Below are positions 1 to 9,986 of a DNA stretch of 64,000 nucleotides, piece after piece. How positions within the stretch are numbered: position 1 is the first letter of the stretch; every line of letters starts with the position of its first letter. Location of the stretch: positions 2,103,397-2,167,396 of the forward strand of contig NZ_CP100461.1 in assembly GCF_024228675.1 (NCBI RefSeq), written 5' to 3'. Source of the stretch: Salinigranum marinum. GTDB taxonomy: Archaea > Halobacteriota > Halobacteria > Halobacteriales > Haloferacaceae. The position numbers and the translations under genes are program-made. The notes beneath the pieces are model-generated. The model ran no database searches and was not told the DNA's origin. It saw only the letters and a program-made list of their open reading frames with translations.

Positions 1-32
1 ACGGACAGGTCTCGATGGGGGACTTCCTGTGA
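1..32 (+). CDS. mre11: C-terminal end of the upstream gene, presumably mre11 (partial; frame 3 ends TGA at 30-32, overlapping the rad50 GTG start)
   Basis: Frame 3 reads ...GQVSMGDFL* with TGA at 30-32 forming a GTGA overlap with the rad50 start. mre11 is inferred only from the conserved archaeal mre11-rad50 operon. Confidence 0.3.
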   Translation, partial: GQVSMGDFL

Positions 33-2716
33 GGTTCGACCGGCTCCGGCTCACGAACTTCAAGCCGTACGCCGACGCCGACCTCTCGCTCAACGACGGC
101 GTGACGGTAATCCACGGGCTGAACGGGAGCGGGAAGTCCTCGCTCCTGGACGCGTGTTTCTTCGCGCTGTACGGCGCGCGGGCGCTCGACGAGACGCTCG
201 ACGACCTCGTCACGACGGGCGCCGAGGAGGCCGAGATCGACCTGTGGTTCACCCACGACGGCGTCTCCTACCACGTCCACCGCCGGCTCAGACGGTCGGG
301 CGAGCGCATCCAGACCGCGGACTGCACGCTCGATGGCCCCGACGCGACGTACGACGGGGCGCGCGACGTGCGCGACCGGATCGCGGGGATGCTCCGGATG
401 GACGCCGACGCGTTCGTCAACTGCGCGTACGTCCGTCAGGGCGAGGTGAACAAGCTCATCAACGCCACGCCCACCGAGCGAGGGACGATGCTCGACGACC
501 TCCTCCAGCTAGGCAAACTGGAGGAGTACCGCGAGCGCGCCGGCCAGGCGCGGCTCGGCGTCGAGGACGTCCGGAGCGAGAAGCGCGGCGCGCTCGACCA
601 GCTCGACGCGACGATCGACGAGTACGAAGCGCGAGAGCTCCCCGAGACGCTGAACACCCTCCGGAGCCAGCGGTCGGAGGTCGACGCGAAGATCGAGCGG
701 TACGAGGACCAGCGCGAGCGCGCACGAGAGACGCTCGACGAGGCGACGGACGTCCTCGACGCCCACGAGGAGACCCGCGAGGAGCTGGCGCGCCTCGACG
801 ACGAGATCGACGACCTCGAAGCGGCGGTTCGGGAGACGGAGGCCGAACGCGACGACATCCGCGACCGCCTCGGCACCGAGCGCGAGCGGATCGACGGCCT
901 CGGCGACGAGATCGACGACCGGCTGGCCGGCACCGACCTCGACGACGCCGCGCCGGAGGCGATCGACGCACGCGTCGAGACGCTGTCGTCGCAGGCCGAC
1001 GAGCGACGCGAGGAGGCGGCCGACGGGCGAACGCGGGCGAAGGCGCTGGAGACGCAGGCGGAGAACCTCGCGTCGAAGGTCGACGATCTGGCCTCGCGTG
1101 CGACCGAGAAGCGCGAGCGGGCGTCGGAGCTCGAGGGGGACGCCGAGACCGCCGCGGCGGAACTCGACGAGCGACGCGAGCAGCTCGCTGACCTCGAATC
1201 GGAGGCCGACGAACTCCGTGCGAGCTTCGAGACGGAGCCCGTCGAGCCCGGCGAAGCGGCGTCACACCTCGAATCACTCCGGGAGCGCCTCGACGAGATC
1301 CGGGAGCGGCGGGGGGAGGTCGCCGCCGCGCTCGAAGCCGCCCGAAGCCGCGTCGAGGAGGCGGAACGCCTCCGCGAGGCGGGCAAGTGTCCCGAGTGCG
1401 GACAGCCCGTCGAGGGCTCGCCGCACGTCGAGCGGCTGGCGGACGACCGTGACCGCGTCGCGGAGCTCGAAGCCGAGTTGGCCGACTGCGAGGCCGACCG
1501 CGAGGAGTGTGAGGCGGCGATCGACGAGGCCGAAGAACTCGTCGACCGCGAGGGCCGGATCGAGTCGATCAGTGAGCGGCGGTCGACGCTCGCGCAACTG
1601 GTCGACGACCGCGCCGAGAGCGTCGCGGAGACGCGCGACCGCGCCGTCCGGCTGCGCGAGGAGGCCGAGGAGCTCGACTCGCAGGCGAGCGAGGCACGAG
1701 AGGCGAGCGAGACGCAGGCCGAACGTGCGGAGACGGTCCGCGCGGAGGCCGCCGAAACCACGGCAGAAGCCGAGCGGCTGGACGAACGGGTCGAGCGGTT
1801 GACCGAACTCGCCGAGATCGTCGACGAGCGCGCCGAGGCGGCCGCGACCGTCGAGCGGCTGCGCGAGCGGCGCGAGCGGCTGGCCGACCTGAACGCCGAA
1901 CGGAACGACCGACTGCAGGAGAAGCGCGAACGCCGCCGCGAACTGGCCGCGGCGGTCGACGAGGAGACCGTCGCGGACGCGCGGGAGAACAAACAGCGGG
2001 CCGAGACGTACATCCAGCAGGCCGACGAGACCCTCACGGAGCTACAGGAGCGCCGCGACGCGCTCCAGAGTCGGATCGGGAGCGTCGAGAGCGAACTCGA
2101 CCAGCTCGACAGCCTCCGCGAGGAGCGCGACGCGCTCGCCGCGCGGGTCGACGGGCTGGACTCGCTCCACGACGAGACCGAGGCGCTGGAGGCGATGTAC
2201 GGCGACCTCCGCGCCGACCTCCGCCAGCGGAACGTCGAGACGCTCGGGCGGATGCTGAACGAGACGTTCGATCTCGTCTACGGCAACGACGCCTACTCGC
2301 ACATCCGGCTCGACGGCGAGTACGAACTCACGGTGTTCCAGAAAGACGGCACCGAACTCGCACCCGACCAGCTCTCGGGTGGCGAGCGAGCGCTGTTCAA
2401 CCTTTCACTGAGATGTGCCATCTACCGCCTCCTCGCGGAAGGGATCGACGGCGCGGCCCCGATGCCGCCGCTCATCCTCGATGAGCCCACCGTCTTCCTC
2501 GACTCCGGCCACGTCTCCCGGCTCGTCGATCTGGTCGACGAGATGCGCTCGCTCGGCGTCAGACAGATCGTGATCGTGAGCCACGACGACGAACTCGTCG
2601 GCGCGGCCGACGACCTCGTCCGCGTCGAGAAGAACCCGACGTCGAACCGCTCGGCCGTCGAACGGGTCGACGACCCGACCCTCGCGGCTGTCGGCGCGGG
2701 CCCCGAACCGGAGTAG
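29..2716 (+). CDS. rad50: DNA double-strand break repair ATPase Rad50
   Basis: 895 aa with N-terminal Walker A ([13 protein letters not shown]). Very long Glu/Arg-rich coiled coil with a central CPECGQP zinc hook. C-terminal ABC signature [14 protein letters not shown] and Walker [15 protein letters not shown] start at 29. Confidence 0.92.
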   Translation: MRFDRLRLTNFKPYADADLSLNDGVTVIHGLNGSGKSSLLDACFFALYGARALDETLDDLVTTGAEEAEIDLWFTHDGVSYHVHRRLRRSGERIQTADCTLDGPDATYDGARDVRDRIAGMLRMDADAFVNCAYVRQGEVNKLINATPTERGTMLDDLLQLGKLEEYRERAGQARLGVEDVRSEKRGALDQLDATIDEYEARELPETLNTLRSQRSEVDAKIERYEDQRERARETLDEATDVLDAHEETREELARLDDEIDDLEAAVRETEAERDDIRDRLGTERERIDGLGDEIDDRLAGTDLDDAAPEAIDARVETLSSQADERREEAADGRTRAKALETQAENLASKVDDLASRATEKRERASELEGDAETAAAELDERREQLADLESEADELRASFETEPVEPGEAASHLESLRERLDEIRERRGEVAAALEAARSRVEEAERLREAGKCPECGQPVEGSPHVERLADDRDRVAELEAELADCEADREECEAAIDEAEELVDREGRIESISERRSTLAQLVDDRAESVAETRDRAVRLREEAEELDSQASEAREASETQAERAETVRAEAAETTAEAERLDERVERLTELAEIVDERAEAAATVERLRERRERLADLNAERNDRLQEKRERRRELAAAVDEETVADARENKQRAETYIQQADETLTELQERRDALQSRIGSVESELDQLDSLREERDALAARVDGLDSLHDETEALEAMYGDLRADLRQRNVETLGRMLNETFDLVYGNDAYSHIRLDGEYELTVFQKDGTELAPDQLSGGERALFNLSLRCAIYRLLAEGIDGAAPMPPLILDEPTVFLDSGHVSRLVDLVDEMRSLGVRQIVIVSHDDELVGAADDLVRVEKNPTSNRSAVERVDDPTLAAVGAGPEPE

Positions 2717-2726
2717 CCGCGAACGG

Positions 2727-3155
2727 CTACGGACGCAAGACGGCTACGGCCTCGCGGGTCGTCTCGGTCGCGTCGTAGCCGCGCTCGCCGGCCACGTCGC
2801 GTTCCTCGACGAGGCCCGCCGCGCGGAACTCCAGCAACAGCCCGTGGAGATCGGACTCACAGAGGTCGTACGCCGAGAGGAGTTCGCGGATCCCGATCGG
2901 CCCCCGGTCGGCGAGTTCGACCAATAGCCCGAGCGCCTGCTCCGTGTGGGCGGCCGTCACGACGCGTCTGATCGAGTCGGGGACGCCAGCGGCGGCGACG
3001 TCGAGCGCCGACGCGCCGTCGAGGACCGTGAGTTCCCCGTTCGGGAGATACCGTTTTTCGCCCGTCTCGGGGTCGCGGACGAGGCTCGACTCGCTCGACC
3101 GCTTCACGAGGAGATACCGCGTCCCGTCCGTGTCGCACACCGTTCGCATGGGCAT
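2727..3155 (-). CDS. Conserved hypothetical protein, C-terminal winged-helix-like region
   Basis: 142-aa ORF with ATG start (MPMRTVCDTDG). Haloarchaeal-type acidic composition. C-terminal ALGLLVELADRGPIGIRELLSAY resembles a wHTH. Confidence 0.55.
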   Translation of the reverse strand: MPMRTVCDTDGTRYLLVKRSSESSLVRDPETGEKRYLPNGELTVLDGASALDVAAAGVPDSIRRVVTAAHTEQALGLLVELADRGPIGIRELLSAYDLCESDLHGLLLEFRAAGLVEERDVAGERGYDATETTREAVAVLRP

Positions 3156-3404
3156 ACGGAGCCGCTCGCCCCGCTTATCCGTTCCGCTCGGGCGCGGAGA
3201 CGGAGACGGACTCGGACTCGGCGTCGGTCGTAACGTCCGGCTGGCACCCTACCGGACTCGGTCGGCGCGTCATTCATCGGGCCGGCCGAGCCGCCCCGCA
3301 GAGGCGGCCCAACCTCGGTGTGGTCACGTATGTGAGCGTGCGGGACGCGGCGGCCCGTCCGGAGGACGGCGGTGCTCCCACGCGAGAGAAGAAACGCGTT
3401 CGGC

Positions 3405-3572
3405 TCAGGCGGCGTCCTTGAGTCGGATCGCCGCGCTGGCTTCGACCCACGCGAGCGGGTTCTCGGCGTCGAAGAAGACGACGCCGTCGTCGACCTCGTA
3501 TGTCTCGATGTCGACGGCCGGGTCGTGGTCGTCGGAGCGATCCCGCCTGTCGGCACGAGTCGGGTCTGACAT
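3405..3572 (-). CDS. Small acidic hypothetical protein (55 aa), not in the ORF track because it is under 60 aa
   Basis: Minus-strand translation MSDPTRADRRDRSDDHDPAVDIETYEVDDGVVFFDAENPLAWVEASAAIRLKDAA*. Codon usage is GC3-rich like real genes. It lies in an otherwise empty 550-bp gap, divergent from polB. Confidence 0.4.
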   Translation of the reverse strand: MSDPTRADRRDRSDDHDPAVDIETYEVDDGVVFFDAENPLAWVEASAAIRLKDAA

Positions 3573-3709
3573 CGCCTCATGGTATGACGTACCATGTCAT
3601 ATGTCTTTCTTTCGCGACGGAATTTGTCCCCCGACCCGCGGGGCCCACTGACGCGCGGACGCGGGGGGAAAGACTGGGTTTTTAGCCGGGAGCGGCGAAG
3701 AGTGGCTAC

Positions 3710-6700
3710 ATGGATCAGACGGACTTCGGTGACTTCTCCACACCCACCGAGGCGGCGGACGACGGCGGGGGTGACGGCGATCACCCGACCGAGTCCGGCG
3801 GTGATGGGGATCGCCCGGACGAGTCGGCCATCGCGCAGGCGGTCGCCGGGAACGGCGGGCCACAGGTCACGGAGGTGGTCGCGGACGACCGGGCGGGCTA
3901 CCCCGAGGCCGACGGTGTCGTCGATCTGATGGTCACGCAGGTCGACTACACCATCGAGGGCCAGGGGCGCGACGAGTACCCCGTCATCCACGTCTTCGGG
4001 CGGACGCCCGACAACGAACCCGAACACGTCCGCGTCCTCGGCTTCGAGCCCTACTTTTACGCGCCGACGGAGACGCTCTCCGACGCCGACCTCGACCGCG
4101 ACGTCATCACCCGAACCGAGGAGGGGTACGAGAGCATCCGGGGGGAGTCGCTGACGAAGATCTGTACGCGGACGCCACGGGACGTCGGCCAGATCCGCGA
4201 CGACTTCGAACACTACGAGGCGGACATCCTCTTCCCCAACCGGTTGCTCATCGACAAGGACGTCGGGAGCGGGATCCGCGTCCCGGCTCGACGGCTGGAG
4301 TCGGGATCGGTCCAGGTGCCACACGAGGAGGTCGAGGCGCACGACGTCGACGCCGACCTCCGCGTGAACACGTTCGACATCGAGGTCGACGACCGCAACG
4401 GCTTCCCCGAGGACGGCGAGGAGCCGGTCGTCTGTCTCACCAGCCACGACTCCTACCGGGACCAGTACGTCGTCTGGCACGCGGTCGCCCCTGAGGGCAA
4501 CGGCGAGTCCGTCGAAGCGCTGACCGGGTACGACCCGCTCGGCGAAGGGATCGACGTGGAGGTCCGGTCGTTCGCCGACGAGGACGCGATGCTCGACGCC
4601 TTCCTCGCCTACATCGAGGAGACCGACCCCGACGTCCTGACCGGGTGGAACTTCGAGGACTTCGACGCCCCCTACCTGTTGGACCGTCTGGAGGTGCGGA
4701 ACCCCCGGACCGACCGTGATCTCGCCATCGAACGGCTCTCGCGGGTCGGCGAGGTGTGGCGCGGCGGTTGGGGTGGTCCCGACGTGAAGGGTCGCGTGGT
4801 GTTCGACCTGCTGTACGCGTACAAGCGGACGCAGTTCACCGAACTCGAATCGTACAGGCTCGACGCCGTCGGCGAGCTCGAACTCGACGCGGGCAAAGAG
4901 CGGTACTCGGGCGACATCGGCGACCTCTGGGAGCAAGAGCCGGAACGCCTGCTGGAGTACAACCTCCGCGACGTCGAACTCTGTGTCGAGATCGACCGCA
5001 AGCAGGAGGTCATCGCTTTCTGGGACGAGGTGCGATCGTTCGTCGGCTGCAAACTCGAAGACGCTCCCACGCCGGGAGATACGGTCGACATCTACGTCCT
5101 CCACAAGGTCCACGACGAGTTCGCCCTGCCGTCGAAAGGCACGGTAGAAAGCGAAGAGTACGAGGGTGGTGCGGTGTTCGAGCCCATCGTCGGCGTCAAG
5201 GAGAACGTCACGGTGCTCGACCTCAAGTCGCTGTACCCGATGTGTATGGTGACGATCAACGCCTCGCCGGAGACGAAGGTCGACCCCGAGACGTACGGGG
5301 GCGAGACGTACCGTGCACCCAACGGCACCCACTTCCGGCGGGAGCCGGACGGGATCATCCGGGAGATGGTCGACGAACTCTTGGATGAGCGCGAGCAGAA
5401 GAAGGCGCTGCGGAACGACCACGACCCCGACTCCCAGGCGTACGAGCAGTTCGACCGCCAGCAAGCGGCGGTGAAAGTCATCATGAACTCGCTGTACGGC
5501 GTGCTGGGCTGGGACCGCTTCCGGCTGTACGACAAGGAGATGGGTGCGGCGATCACCGCCACCGGGCGCGAGGTGATCCAGTTCACCGAGGAAGTGGCGA
5601 GCGGACTGGACTACCAGGTCGCGTACGGGGACAGCGTGACCGGGGACCGACCGATCGTCGTCAAAGATCCCAGCGACACTGTCCGTATCCTCCCTATTCG
5701 AGAACTGTTCGCTCGCGGCGAACACACGTCGGATCGTTCCCTGCTCGTCACGGCCGACGGCGGACCCGTCGCGAGCGCGGAACTGGGAAAGGAACGTCGG
5801 ATGATCGAAGGGTGGGAGGCGCTCTCGGTTAGTGATAAAGGGAACGCGGAGTGGCAACCGATCACGCAGGCGATCCGACACGAGACCGACAAGTCAGTCG
5901 TGACTCTCCAGCACAAGTTCGGCGAATCGACGACGACGCGAGACCACTCGTACGTCGTCGAGCGCGATGGTCGCCTCGTCGAGCGTTCGCCGAACGATGT
6001 CGAGAGCCCGCTCCGTGTCCCGGGCGTGCCCGACGTGACCGAAAGGGACTCTGTCGACGTGTACGAGGCACTCCGAGGCTATGAACGCGAGCATCTCGAT
6101 GGGCGAAGCGTCGGCGCGAACGAGGCCAATAAGGAAGTCAAGCGCGTTCAGGCGAACGACGATTGGGTGTGGTTCGGACACGGACACCACGTTCACCAGT
6201 CTAAAACGGTCCGAGTCAGGCGGTATATCGACCTCGAAAGCGAGGACGGGCAAGCGCTGATCAGACTGCTCGCGGCGTACGTGTCGGAAGGGAGCGCCTC
6301 GACGGTCGAGACGACCGATACCAAGTGTGGAGCGAGTATCGCCGAGTCACGGGGCGATTGGCTCGAACAGCTTCAGACCGACTATCACCGACTATTCGAC
6401 AACACGACTGCGAGTATCTCCGCCAGTGACACCCGGACCGAGCGCTCCGTCGAGTACAGCACGGAGGGCGGGCAGGCGTCGACCACGTACGACGACCGGA
6501 CATTCAAACTCCAGATGATGAACGAACTCGCGGCCGTGTTCTTCGGCGAGTTCGCCGGCCAGACCTCCCGAAAAAAACGTGTCCCATCGTTCGTCTACCA
6601 CCTCCCCGATGACCTCCAAGGACTGTTCCTCGACGTACTCGTCGAAGGCGACGGGTCACAGGTGTTCCCGAGGTACACGGACGAGTGTGCCGAGCGTCAC

Positions 6701-7771
6701 TTCGACTTCGAAACCACGAGTCGGGAACTCGCAGGGGGGCTCTCGATGCTCCTCACGCAGCAAAATCGGAAGCACTCATTGAAGTACCGTGAGTCGAACG
6801 CGTCGTACACGATTCGGACGTGCGACGACTACCGCGATGGACGGGATCCGGTCCTGACCGATGTCGACTACAACGGGTACGTTTACGATCTGAGCGTCGA
6901 GAACAACGAGAACTTCGTCGACGCTGTCGGCGGGATCGTACTGCACAACACCGATTCGGTCATGCTCGAACTCGGCCCCGACGTCTCCAAGCAGGAGGCG
7001 ATCGATCAGTCGTTCGAGTTGGAGGCGGAGATCAACGCCGCGTACGACCAGTTCGCCCGCGATCGACTCGGGGCGGACGACCACCGCTTCCAGATCGAGT
7101 TCGAGAAGCTCTACCGGCGGTTCTTCCAGGCGGGCAAGAAGAAACGCTACGCGGGCCACATCGTCTGGAAGGAGGGTAAGGACGTCGACGACATCGACAT
7201 CACCGGCTTCGAGTACAAGCGGTCGGACATCGCGCCTGTCACCAAGGAGGTCCAGCGGGAGGTCATCGAGATGATCGTCACCGGGGAACCGACCGACGAG
7301 ATCAAGACGTACGTCAACGGGATCATCGCGGACTTCTCCGACGGCCACCTCTCGCTCGACGACGTGGGCGTCCCCGGCGGGATCGGCAAGCGGCTCACGG
7401 CGTACGAGACCGACACGGCTCACGTGAGGGGGGCGAAGTACGCCAACCTCCTGCTCGGGACGAACTTCGGCCGCGGGTCGAAGCCGAAACACCTGTATCT
7501 CGCGAAGGTCCACCCGGACTTCTGGCAGCGGATCGAGTCGAACCACCCCGAGATCGCGGACGACCCGCTCTACCTGGCGTTCAAGCGCGATCCCGACGTC
7601 ATCTGCTTCGAATACGCCGACCAGGTACCCGAGGAGTTCGTGGTCGACTGGGACAAGATGCTCGACAAGACGCTGAAAGGACCGATCTCCCGCGTCATCG
7701 AGGCGCTCGGCATGTCGTGGGACGAGGTGAAAAGCGGCCAGCAACAGACCGGACTCGGATCGTTCATGTAG
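3710..7771 (+). CDS. polB: Family B DNA polymerase (PolB) carrying one intein
   Basis: 1353 aa. N-terminal exonuclease and polymerase motifs (FDIEVDD, YGDSV...TDSVML = split YGDTDS motif C). Extein length ~914 aa after removing 439 aa. ATG start; the stop is followed by a T6 tract. Confidence 0.93.
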   Translation: MDQTDFGDFSTPTEAADDGGGDGDHPTESGGDGDRPDESAIAQAVAGNGGPQVTEVVADDRAGYPEADGVVDLMVTQVDYTIEGQGRDEYPVIHVFGRTPDNEPEHVRVLGFEPYFYAPTETLSDADLDRDVITRTEEGYESIRGESLTKICTRTPRDVGQIRDDFEHYEADILFPNRLLIDKDVGSGIRVPARRLESGSVQVPHEEVEAHDVDADLRVNTFDIEVDDRNGFPEDGEEPVVCLTSHDSYRDQYVVWHAVAPEGNGESVEALTGYDPLGEGIDVEVRSFADEDAMLDAFLAYIEETDPDVLTGWNFEDFDAPYLLDRLEVRNPRTDRDLAIERLSRVGEVWRGGWGGPDVKGRVVFDLLYAYKRTQFTELESYRLDAVGELELDAGKERYSGDIGDLWEQEPERLLEYNLRDVELCVEIDRKQEVIAFWDEVRSFVGCKLEDAPTPGDTVDIYVLHKVHDEFALPSKGTVESEEYEGGAVFEPIVGVKENVTVLDLKSLYPMCMVTINASPETKVDPETYGGETYRAPNGTHFRREPDGIIREMVDELLDEREQKKALRNDHDPDSQAYEQFDRQQAAVKVIMNSLYGVLGWDRFRLYDKEMGAAITATGREVIQFTEEVASGLDYQVAYGDSVTGDRPIVVKDPSDTVRILPIRELFARGEHTSDRSLLVTADGGPVASAELGKERRMIEGWEALSVSDKGNAEWQPITQAIRHETDKSVVTLQHKFGESTTTRDHSYVVERDGRLVERSPNDVESPLRVPGVPDVTERDSVDVYEALRGYEREHLDGRSVGANEANKEVKRVQANDDWVWFGHGHHVHQSKTVRVRRYIDLESEDGQALIRLLAAYVSEGSASTVETTDTKCGASIAESRGDWLEQLQTDYHRLFDNTTASISASDTRTERSVEYSTEGGQASTTYDDRTFKLQMMNELAAVFFGEFAGQTSRKKRVPSFVYHLPDDLQGLFLDVLVEGDGSQVFPRYTDECAERHFDFETTSRELAGGLSMLLTQQNRKHSLKYRESNASYTIRTCDDYRDGRDPVLTDVDYNGYVYDLSVENNENFVDAVGGIVLHNTDSVMLELGPDVSKQEAIDQSFELEAEINAAYDQFARDRLGADDHRFQIEFEKLYRRFFQAGKKKRYAGHIVWKEGKDVDDIDITGFEYKRSDIAPVTKEVQREVIEMIVTGEPTDEIKTYVNGIIADFSDGHLSLDDVGVPGGIGKRLTAYETDTAHVRGAKYANLLLGTNFGRGSKPKHLYLAKVHPDFWQRIESNHPEIADDPLYLAFKRDPDVICFEYADQVPEEFVVDWDKMLDKTLKGPISRVIEALGMSWDEVKSGQQQTGLGSFM
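5633..6949 (+). mobile_element. Intein (439 aa) in PolB motif C (pol-c site) with a LAGLIDADG homing-endonuclease domain
   Basis: The insertion starts with Ser immediately after YGD. It ends ...GGIVLHN followed by Thr of TDSV (His-Asn + Thr splice junction). Two LAGLIDADG-like blocks: LIRLLAAYVSEGSAS and LFLDVLVEGDGSQ. Confidence 0.8.
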
Positions 7772-7781
7772 TCTGAATAAC

Positions 7782-7787
7782 TTTTTT
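7782..7787 (+). terminator. Oligo-T tract (TTTTTT) 11 nt after the polB stop; probable archaeal terminator
   Basis: Sequence tagtctgaataaCTTTTTTggc. Haloarchaeal terminators are U-tracts. Confidence 0.4.
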
Positions 7788-7828
7788 GGCTCAAAAACGC
7801 TTATTCGCGGCGCTATCGTGTCGACACC

Positions 7829-9586
7829 ATGTCACACAGTATCACGGTGAGTGGCACGGTCACGGACGGGGGCGGGCGGCCGGCGCGGGACGTCGAGGTA
7901 CTCGTCGTCGACATCGACACCGGACTCGACGATGCGCTCGGGATCGACACGACGACGCCCGACGGCCGGTTCGAGGTGACGGCGACACGTGACGACGTCG
8001 GCGGAGTGGTGGAGGGCGACCCGGAACTGGTCGTCCATCTCTTCGACGACGGCCGTCACGTGAACGCCAACCCCGTCGATGGAGGCACGACCGGGCTCTC
8101 GTTGACCGTCGAGCGTGATCGCGTCACACTGGATCCGATGGCGATGATGGAGGCGGCACAGTCGATGCACCACGGCATGGGCGGCCAGCGGGGCGTCGAG
8201 AACATTCCGGTGGGACCGTCGGCCCCGGGCCACGGTCGGTTCCAGCGGATGTTCCCCCACCTCACGCCCGCGGACCACGACGTGGCGTTTCTGAAGGAGA
8301 TCGGTCTCCCTGGCGGGCCGCTCGACGAGAGCGCGGCCGGCAGCGTGGACGACGGGCCGCTCCCCAGCGGCTTCGTCTTCCTCGGACAGTTCATCGACCA
8401 CGACATCACGCTCGACCCGCTGTCGAGCCTGACACGGCAGAACGACCCGGACGCGCTCCGGAACTTCCGAACGCCCGGACTCGACCTCGATTCGGTGTAC
8501 GGCGCGGGCCCCGAGGCCGATCCCTTCCGGTACGAGTCGCCGTTCGTCGGCGGGGACAACCACTATCTCCTGCTCGCCGACGCCGACCGGATCGACCTCC
8601 CACGGAACCACCACGACACCGCGCTCATCGGCGACCCGCGGAACGACGAGAACCTGATCATCTCGCAGTTGCACTACGCGATGTTGAACTTCCACAACGC
8701 CGTCGTCGACTGGCTCGGGGACGTCCCCGACCTGTTCGAGAAGGCACAGACGATCGTCCGACGGCACTACCACTGGATCGTGCTCCACGAGTACCTCCCC
8801 GCGGTCTGTGATACGGACATCATCGAACGGGTCCGCGACGATGGCGACCGGCGGTTCTTCACCGTGGAACCGAGCGAGCAGGCGTACATCCCGCTCGAGT
8901 TCTCCGGTGCGGCGTACCGCTTCGGGCACAGTCAGGCCCGACTCGACTACCGGGTAAACTCGGGCTTCGAGGGACCGCTCTTCGGGATGCCGGGCGACAC
9001 GGACGCGCTCGGGACGGGCTTCCAGGCGGTGCCCGAGCACAAGGCGGTCAACTGGCGGTATCTCTTCGACTTCGACGGCTCGGACGTCGACCCACAGCCA
9101 GTACGGGCGATCGATCCACGGTTGGCACCGGACCTCCTGGCTCTCCCGTTCGTCATGGACGCGGAGGCGTGGCGGAAATCACTCGCGTCGCGCAACCTCG
9201 TCCGGGGACGGCAGCTCGGACTCCCGTCGGGCCAGGCGGTCGCCCGGAACATCGGGGACGTCCCCGTCGTCTCGAACGACGACGTCGGCTTCGACGCGAT
9301 CCTCTCCGACCACGGACAGAGCCAGGACACGGAGATGCCGCTGTGGTACTACGTCCTCGCGGAAGCGGCCCACTTCACCGGCGGCGACCACCTAGGCCCG
9401 GTCGGTTCACGGATCGTCGCCGAGACGCTCGTGGGACTGGTCGACTCAGACCCGTCCTCGTACCGGACCGTCCACCCGGGCTGGACGCCGACGCTGCCGG
9501 GGCCACACAGCGGAAGCAACGACTTCCAGATAGCCGACCTGCTCGAGTTCGCCGTCGACGGCGGCTACACACATCCGGCGCAGTGA
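7829..9586 (+). CDS. Heme peroxidase of the peroxidase-cyclooxygenase (animal haem peroxidase) superfamily with an N-terminal beta-sandwich (carboxypeptidase-regulatory-like) domain
   Basis: 585 aa. Distal-His motif FLGQFIDHDITLDP matches the animal-peroxidase WGQ(F/L)(I/L)DHD motif. Proximal-His motif AAYRFGHSQ matches the AAFRYGH motif. No signal peptide. Leaderless-type promoter (cgcttattcg ~28 nt upstream). Confidence 0.8.
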   Translation: MSHSITVSGTVTDGGGRPARDVEVLVVDIDTGLDDALGIDTTTPDGRFEVTATRDDVGGVVEGDPELVVHLFDDGRHVNANPVDGGTTGLSLTVERDRVTLDPMAMMEAAQSMHHGMGGQRGVENIPVGPSAPGHGRFQRMFPHLTPADHDVAFLKEIGLPGGPLDESAAGSVDDGPLPSGFVFLGQFIDHDITLDPLSSLTRQNDPDALRNFRTPGLDLDSVYGAGPEADPFRYESPFVGGDNHYLLLADADRIDLPRNHHDTALIGDPRNDENLIISQLHYAMLNFHNAVVDWLGDVPDLFEKAQTIVRRHYHWIVLHEYLPAVCDTDIIERVRDDGDRRFFTVEPSEQAYIPLEFSGAAYRFGHSQARLDYRVNSGFEGPLFGMPGDTDALGTGFQAVPEHKAVNWRYLFDFDGSDVDPQPVRAIDPRLAPDLLALPFVMDAEAWRKSLASRNLVRGRQLGLPSGQAVARNIGDVPVVSNDDVGFDAILSDHGQSQDTEMPLWYYVLAEAAHFTGGDHLGPVGSRIVAETLVGLVDSDPSSYRTVHPGWTPTLPGPHSGSNDFQIADLLEFAVDGGYTHPAQ

Positions 9587-9986
9587 GGCACCCGGTGCGA
9601 CGGCTGGCCGGATCCGACTGGACGGGGTGAGGCCCGAACGGTTCTTTCGAGCCCCGGGCGGGTTCACTGAACAGTCTACCCCAATAAATAGTTCACCCGC
9701 GGTCGGGCGGCGACCTGACACGGGGGACGACTCGTCCGAGGCGGCGACGAACCGCCGGCGGTGCTGGATGGCGGGCTGACACCGATCGGGGACGCCCGAC
9801 GAGCGACGGGGATCGGGGAAACGGAGGGAGTATCGCGTGCCTACGGCATCGGCCGAGGTGGGTTTCTCGCCGAACGGATTTCCCACATGCTCAAGATTCC
9901 TTTTCGAAATCGAAACTCCGATGGGGTAGATGCGTAAGCATTATGGAGCCGACTCCCCCACATCGGGATAGAGGAACACCAACAAC

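Noticed and set aside
436-2037. 533-aa minus-strand ORF (Ser/Arg-rich) and several other long ORFs inside rad50
   Set aside because: They are antisense or alternative-frame products of the very GC-rich rad50 coiled-coil region. Their composition is low-complexity Ser/Arg/Ala with no motifs, and rad50 occupies the locus.
3104-5881. 925-aa minus-strand ORF opposite polB
   Set aside because: Antisense to a well-supported PolB gene. Its composition is Arg/Pro/Gly-rich and typical of high-GC shadow ORFs.
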